Shown here: piece by piece, positions 59,731 through 64,000 of the stretch
How the letters are laid out: each line of letters opens with the position of its first letter
Position numbering within the stretch: the stretch's first letter is position 1
Assembly (NCBI GenBank): GCA_043750535.1
Contig: JAYVBJ010000043.1
Span: 104,674-168,673 of the forward strand
DNA: 64,000 bases
Source: Sphingomonadales bacterium
Lineage (GTDB): Bacteria > Pseudomonadota > Alphaproteobacteria > Sphingomonadales > Sphingomonadaceae
Direction: 5' to 3'
Translations under genes and position numbers: made by a program
Notes under the pieces: model-generated
The model's database searches: none
Told to the model about the DNA's origin: nothing
Seen by the model: only the letters and a program-made list of their open reading frames with translations

Positions 59731-60720
59731 ATGCTGATCCTGCTTATCGCGACTGCCTTTTTTCTTTCCTTCAGCAATGGAGCTAACGACAATTTTAAGG
59801 GATTTGCGACCAGCTGGGGTTCCGGCTCACTCAGTTACCGGACCGCGTTAATCCTCTCCAATGTGGCGACTTTGGCAGGCGGTGTCGCCTCGATCATTAT
59901 TGCCGATGGCCTGGTTAAACAATTTTCAGGGCGCGGGTTGGTTGATGATGCTATTGTTGCCTCGACAGGCTTTAGTTTTGCCGCCGCCGCCGGGGCAGGC
60001 ATCACGGTGATGCTGGCGACACGTCTGGGCTTTCCCATTTCGACCACGCACGCACTGGTCGGCGGCTTGACCGGAGCAGGGCTGGCAAGCGGCAGCGCGC
60101 TGCAATGGGGGGCGCTCGGCAGTGGCTTCATGCTACCACTGTTAATCAGCCCACTCCTCTCGGCAACGCTTGCCTTTGCCATTTATGGCGGCGCAAGATT
60201 GCTGCAACGCCGATGGGTTCCAGTTTATGGAGGCGACTACCTCGTGCCTGAGAACGATGTCGAAAGCGGAAATCGAACGCTAACAAGCACGCATATCCTG
60301 TCGGCGGTGGCGATCTGTTTTGCCCGTGCGGTGAATGATACGCCAAAGCTTGCGGCATTGATGCTGGGCGCTGGAATATTATCATCCGTCAGCAGTGCCC
60401 TTGCCGTAACGGCTGCGATGATTGCAGGCGGCTGGCTTTTGTCGCGGCGTGTGGCGGAAACGATGAGCCTCAAAATCTCCACTCTCTCGGCGGAACAGGG
60501 CACTACCGCCAATCTTGTAACCGCAGGCTTGGTCCTTGCCGCAAGCCGGTTTAGCTTGCCGGTTTCCACAACCCATGTTTCGGTCGGCTCCATCATCGGC
60601 AGCGGAGCGGCGGCACGCACGCTTGATCTATCGACCGTCCGCAATGTCCTTCTGTCCTGGGTGGTTACATTGCCCTTATCAGCGATGCTCGCCGCCATCA
60701 TAAGATGGGTTATCCTCTAA
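59731..60720 (+). CDS. PiT family inorganic phosphate/anion transporter
   Basis: NGAND, GFPISTTHALVG, VNDTPK, LPVSTTHVSVGSIIG, SWVVTLP. Confidence 0.9.
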   Translation: MLILLIATAFFLSFSNGANDNFKGFATSWGSGSLSYRTALILSNVATLAGGVASIIIADGLVKQFSGRGLVDDAIVASTGFSFAAAAGAGITVMLATRLGFPISTTHALVGGLTGAGLASGSALQWGALGSGFMLPLLISPLLSATLAFAIYGGARLLQRRWVPVYGGDYLVPENDVESGNRTLTSTHILSAVAICFARAVNDTPKLAALMLGAGILSSVSSALAVTAAMIAGGWLLSRRVAETMSLKISTLSAEQGTTANLVTAGLVLAASRFSLPVSTTHVSVGSIIGSGAAARTLDLSTVRNVLLSWVVTLPLSAMLAAIIRWVIL

Positions 60721-61580
60721 AGGACGCGCCCGGCGACAGCATCAAGCCTTCCCATTAACTGCGGATCGCGTTTCGCCGGATCTGTAATCAAGGCAAAATC
60801 AAGGGCAGTGTCGATAGGGCTGGCGGCGCGTTGCAAGGGCAGCGATGCCGCCAAATGGGCAATCAGATCGCGGCCCTTTTCAGCATTGGCCGCCAATTGT
60901 GCGATGATCGCCTCGACCTCAACCGGCGCCTCATTCTCGCGCCAACAATCATAATCGGTGACCATACCGACCAGCGCATAAGGCAGCTCAGCCTCACGAG
61001 CGAGCTTTGCCTCGGGCATTGCCGTCATGCCGATGACATGTGCTCCCCATGCACGGTACATATGGCTTTCCGCACGGCTCGAAAACTGCGGCCCTTCCAT
61101 CGCCAGATAGGTACCCCCGCGATGAACATTTGCACCCGCCTTTTCAGCAGCGGTTGCGACATATTCTGACAGCCGCGGACAAACGGGATCGGCCATCGAA
61201 ACATGCGCGACCAGGCCATCACCAAAAAAGCTCTTTTCCCTTGCAAAGGTGCAGTCAATAAATTGATCGACGACGACAAAATCACCCGGAGCCATGTCTT
61301 CGGCAAGCGAGCCGATGGCCGAGATGGACACAATGTCGGTCACGCCCAACCGTTTCATCGCGTCAATGTTTGCACGGAAATTGAGCTGGCTCGGCCCCAA
61401 CACATGCCCCCGTCCATGGCGTGGCAGAAAGACGCATTCAACGCCGGAAACAGTTCCAGTTAACACCGCGTCGGATGGCGCGCCCCATGGAGTGGTCACT
61501 TCGACCCATTGCGGGTTTTCAAGCGCGTCGAGCTGATAAAGTCCCGAGCCGCCAATTATGCCGATTTTCCATTGTGCCAT
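60717..61580 (-). CDS. mtnP: S-methyl-5'-thioadenosine phosphorylase family
   Basis: GIIGGSGLY, TPWGAPS, PRHGRGH, EGPQFSSRAES, GMT, VTDYDCW. Confidence 0.92.
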   Translation of the reverse strand: MAQWKIGIIGGSGLYQLDALENPQWVEVTTPWGAPSDAVLTGTVSGVECVFLPRHGRGHVLGPSQLNFRANIDAMKRLGVTDIVSISAIGSLAEDMAPGDFVVVDQFIDCTFAREKSFFGDGLVAHVSMADPVCPRLSEYVATAAEKAGANVHRGGTYLAMEGPQFSSRAESHMYRAWGAHVIGMTAMPEAKLAREAELPYALVGMVTDYDCWRENEAPVEVEAIIAQLAANAEKGRDLIAHLAASLPLQRAASPIDTALDFALITDPAKRDPQLMGRLDAVAGRVL

Positions 61581-61590
61581 GCCTGATCCT

Positions 61591-61616
61591 TTCGAAACGC
61601 CGCGCCGACCGGTTAC
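61591..61616 (-). promoter_or_regulatory. ECF sigma promoter motif for the MTA phosphorylase
   Basis: Minus strand GTAACC-N16-CGAA, ending 10 nt before the ATG. Confidence 0.8.
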
Positions 61617-61648
61617 AATTGCCCACCGAAATAAATTATAGCCCTGCC

Positions 61649-61674
61649 GTAACTTTTAACTTCCTCCAATCGAA
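61649..61674 (+). promoter_or_regulatory. ECF sigma promoter motif for the DUF547 operon
   Basis: GTAACT-N16-CGAA. Confidence 0.78.
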
Positions 61675-61732
61675 AAGACAGCAAGAGCAATTCCCGGACG
61701 CATCGTTGGGGACAGGAAAAGGTGTTGCACAA

Positions 61733-62569
61733 ATGAAATATTCCAACGTCCATTCCAGCAACCGACACCTTGGGCGTCGGACCCTGCTGGGTGCGATCTC
61801 TGCTGTGTTGGTGCTTGGGGCGTGCTCAAAACAGACAACGAACACCGACCAGAAATGGACACAGGCTGGGACTGCATCCGAGACGATCGATCATGGCGTC
61901 TGGGATCAAATATTATCCAAATATGTAAAGGTCGCCGAAGATGGCGTGAACCGCGTTGATTATGCCGCGCTGAAAAAGGACGATGCTGCGGCGCTGACGC
62001 GCTACCTGGCCGCGTTGCAAGCGGTTGAGATCGAAAAATATCCGAAGAACGAACAGTTCGCATTTTGGGTCAACCTCTACAACGCTGCGACAGTCGACGT
62101 GATCCTAAAGAACTATCCGTTGAAATCGATCAGGGACATCGGCTTGCTTGGCCAAGGCCCGTGGAAAGCCAAAGCCGTGAAAGTCAGCGGCACGGATTTA
62201 TCGCTCGACGATATCGAACACGGCATATTGCGCCCTATCTGGAAGGATGTGCGCATCCATTATGCCGTAAACTGCGCATCCATTGGCTGCCCGAACCTCG
62301 CGCCCAAAGCCTATACAGCTGAAACGCTGAACGCGATGCTGGACGAAGCAGCGCAGTCTTACATCAACCATCCCCGCGGCTTTGCCCGGGTTGACGGCGC
62401 GCTCGTCGCGTCCAGCATTTTCGACTGGTACGTCGATGATTGGGGCGATCAGGCCGCTGTCCTTGAACATGCCCGCAAATATGCGTCGGAAAAGACCAAG
62501 GCCGTCCTGGGTGCCACCACCCAAATCGACAGCCATGATTATGACTGGTCACTCAACGACGCAGAGTGA
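61733..62569 (+). CDS. DUF547 domain lipoprotein (twin-arginine-like signal)
   Basis: RRTLL...LGAC signal; AFWVNLYNA, SLDDIEH.ILR, RIHYAVNCASIGCP, SSIFDWY, YDWSLN. Confidence 0.9.
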   Translation: MKYSNVHSSNRHLGRRTLLGAISAVLVLGACSKQTTNTDQKWTQAGTASETIDHGVWDQILSKYVKVAEDGVNRVDYAALKKDDAAALTRYLAALQAVEIEKYPKNEQFAFWVNLYNAATVDVILKNYPLKSIRDIGLLGQGPWKAKAVKVSGTDLSLDDIEHGILRPIWKDVRIHYAVNCASIGCPNLAPKAYTAETLNAMLDEAAQSYINHPRGFARVDGALVASSIFDWYVDDWGDQAAVLEHARKYASEKTKAVLGATTQIDSHDYDWSLNDAE

Positions 62570-62615
62570 CCGTCGCTAAACGCTTTCCCCCCAAGTCTCA
62601 GAAAGGTTTGTTACT

Positions 62616-62900
62616 ATGATAAAGTTAGGATTTGTTGTTTTTGGAGGAGTATTGCTCGCCCTCGCGTCTCCCGTCTTGGCCTCCGGCTCGATGGGCGGCG
62701 GTGCGCAGAGCGGCCAGCTTGGACAAAAAGTTTACCTGCAAAAGATAGCATGTTCAGGATGCCCGTTTGCCGGTGGCATCAAGACGCGTGATCAAAGAAG
62801 CATGGCTCTGGCAAAAATTGCGAGCGGCGAAATCAAGATGACCGGTTCCGAGATGAAAGCCGTGTCGACGTTTATCAATCGCCGGTTCAAGGGGCTTTAA
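62616..62900 (+). CDS. Small secreted CxxC protein, paralog of 53081-53419
   Basis: Signal peptide VLA, SGSMGGG, LGQKVY..KIACSGCPF, SGE, RF C-terminus. Confidence 0.8.
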   Translation: MIKLGFVVFGGVLLALASPVLASGSMGGGAQSGQLGQKVYLQKIACSGCPFAGGIKTRDQRSMALAKIASGEIKMTGSEMKAVSTFINRRFKGL

Positions 62901-62902
62901 TC

Positions 62903-63748
62903 ATGACTTTTCTCACAAAAGCCCTAGTTTCAGCCGTCGCACTTACTGCTTGCGTGCCAGCGGCATTCGCTAACGATATTTCCCCCTGGACGCCTGCCGA
63001 AGGTGGCGGCGAAGTGGAAATTTCCTACACGCGGCAGGAAGCCGATGAATTCAACCCCGGCGACGCCACCGCGCCGCTTCCAGAAGAGTTGACCCAAGAC
63101 AGCGTTTCGTTGTCGCTCAGCTATGGGATCAGCCAGCGGCTCGCCGCCGATGTAAAAATCGGATATGCGAAAAGCAGCTTTCTCACCGACCCCGGCCTTG
63201 CGCCGCAGGGCGGGCTTGACGGTTTAAATGATATCTTCGTCGGGCTTCGCTATAAGGCGCTCGACGAAGCCGATGGTGCGCCCTTTACGGCGACGCTGGG
63301 TGTTGCTGGCATTATCAATGGCGGTTACACCACAGGCGCATTACCAGCTATTGGCGACGGCGGTTCTGGTGGCCAAGTTGCCTTGGCGCTAGGTCGCAAC
63401 ATCGGCCCGTTCGCAATCAGCGGCGATATTGGTTACCGAACTCGCTCGAACAACATACCCGACGAAGTTTTTGGAGCGGTTAACGCGAGCATATCGCCGA
63501 CGTCGGGCATTTCGCTTTATGGTGGTATTTCGTTCGTGGATTCCACCAGCGGCCTCGACATCGGTGGCCCAGGCTTCTCGCCCGCACGCTTTCCTGAAGT
63601 CGAAGAGGATTATAAAATTTGGTCGCTCGGGGCCTCGGGGTCACTATCCGACCAGATCTCGGCCAACATAGGCTATGGGCAGAAATTCGATGGACGCAAT
63701 ACCGCGCGTAGCGAATTTTTCCGCATCGGTTTGGGCTATTCCTTCTAA
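62903..63748 (+). CDS. Outer-membrane beta-barrel / transporter-like protein
   Basis: Signal peptide AFA, alternating beta strands, 'GLNDIFVGLRY', C-terminal GLGYSF. Confidence 0.78.
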   Translation: MTFLTKALVSAVALTACVPAAFANDISPWTPAEGGGEVEISYTRQEADEFNPGDATAPLPEELTQDSVSLSLSYGISQRLAADVKIGYAKSSFLTDPGLAPQGGLDGLNDIFVGLRYKALDEADGAPFTATLGVAGIINGGYTTGALPAIGDGGSGGQVALALGRNIGPFAISGDIGYRTRSNNIPDEVFGAVNASISPTSGISLYGGISFVDSTSGLDIGGPGFSPARFPEVEEDYKIWSLGASGSLSDQISANIGYGQKFDGRNTARSEFFRIGLGYSF

Positions 63749-63749
63749 C

Positions 63750-63790
63750 TAGGCCCGATTTCATTTTGGTTGAACCAAAATGCGGGTCTA
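63750..63790. terminator. Hairpin closing the island's last operon
   Basis: cattttggtt-g-aaccaaaatg core with an outer taggcccg/cgggtcta pairing. Confidence 0.55.
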
Positions 63791-64000
63791 GATTGTTTGA
63801 TGTTTCGCGATTTCTTAATCATCAGATGATTCAATCGGATTGGAAATCGCTCTCGGCCATCGAGGGGGTAGATGGTGCAGTCATCTACCCTCTACCTCCT
63901 TGTTGCGGTTGGTCAGTTTCATCTCGGCAATGCGTCGTCCCAATAATGCAGTCAGCTGGGCCACCGAAGTTACAGATTCCAATTCGCTTCGGCTGATCAG

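Noticed and set aside
61421-61732. N-terminal 104 aa of the ORF-track DUF547 protein
   Set aside because: Overlaps mtnP and both promoters; the signal peptide begins at ATG 61733.

Overview
Chromosomal window from an alphaproteobacterium. Gene content and sequences look sphingomonad (Sphingorhabdus-like); this is my inference. 1-22.6 kb: housekeeping genes (LysR, apaG, metZ, leuB, recO, uvrC, the F0 ATP synthase operon, ydbH-ynbE-ydbL, radC, fdxA, Hsp15/S4, SUV3-like helicase) with a class I cytochrome P450, 2Fe-2S ferredoxin and reductases interleaved. 22.7-38.7 kb: a gamma-glutamylation polyamine catabolism and uptake cluster, plus aldR-ald. 39.2-44.7 kb: LexA-boxed imuA-imuB-dnaE2. 44.8-51.4 kb: a Pho-box-marked block of TPR protein, surface lipoprotein, TonB-dependent receptor and a GspE homologue whose catalytic motifs are all degenerate. 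51.5-52.6 kb: decayed genes. 53.0-63.75 kb is the most interesting part: a 13-gene arsenosugar-type island (ArsM-like methyltransferase, ArsS-like radical SAM, TIGR04282/04283-type transferases, GT-C/GT2 fusion, MTA phosphorylase, PiT transporter, DoxX-like protein, small membrane protein, DUF547 lipoprotein, outer-membrane barrel, and two secreted His-less cytochrome-c-like CxxC proteins). Each of its seven apparent transcription units starts with the same G(T/A)AAC(C/A/T)-N16-CGAA ECF-sigma promoter motif. Several families of intergenic palindromic repeats are present. I saw no rRNA, tRNA, CRISPR array or transposase. All family assignments are from motif recognition; no database searches were run.
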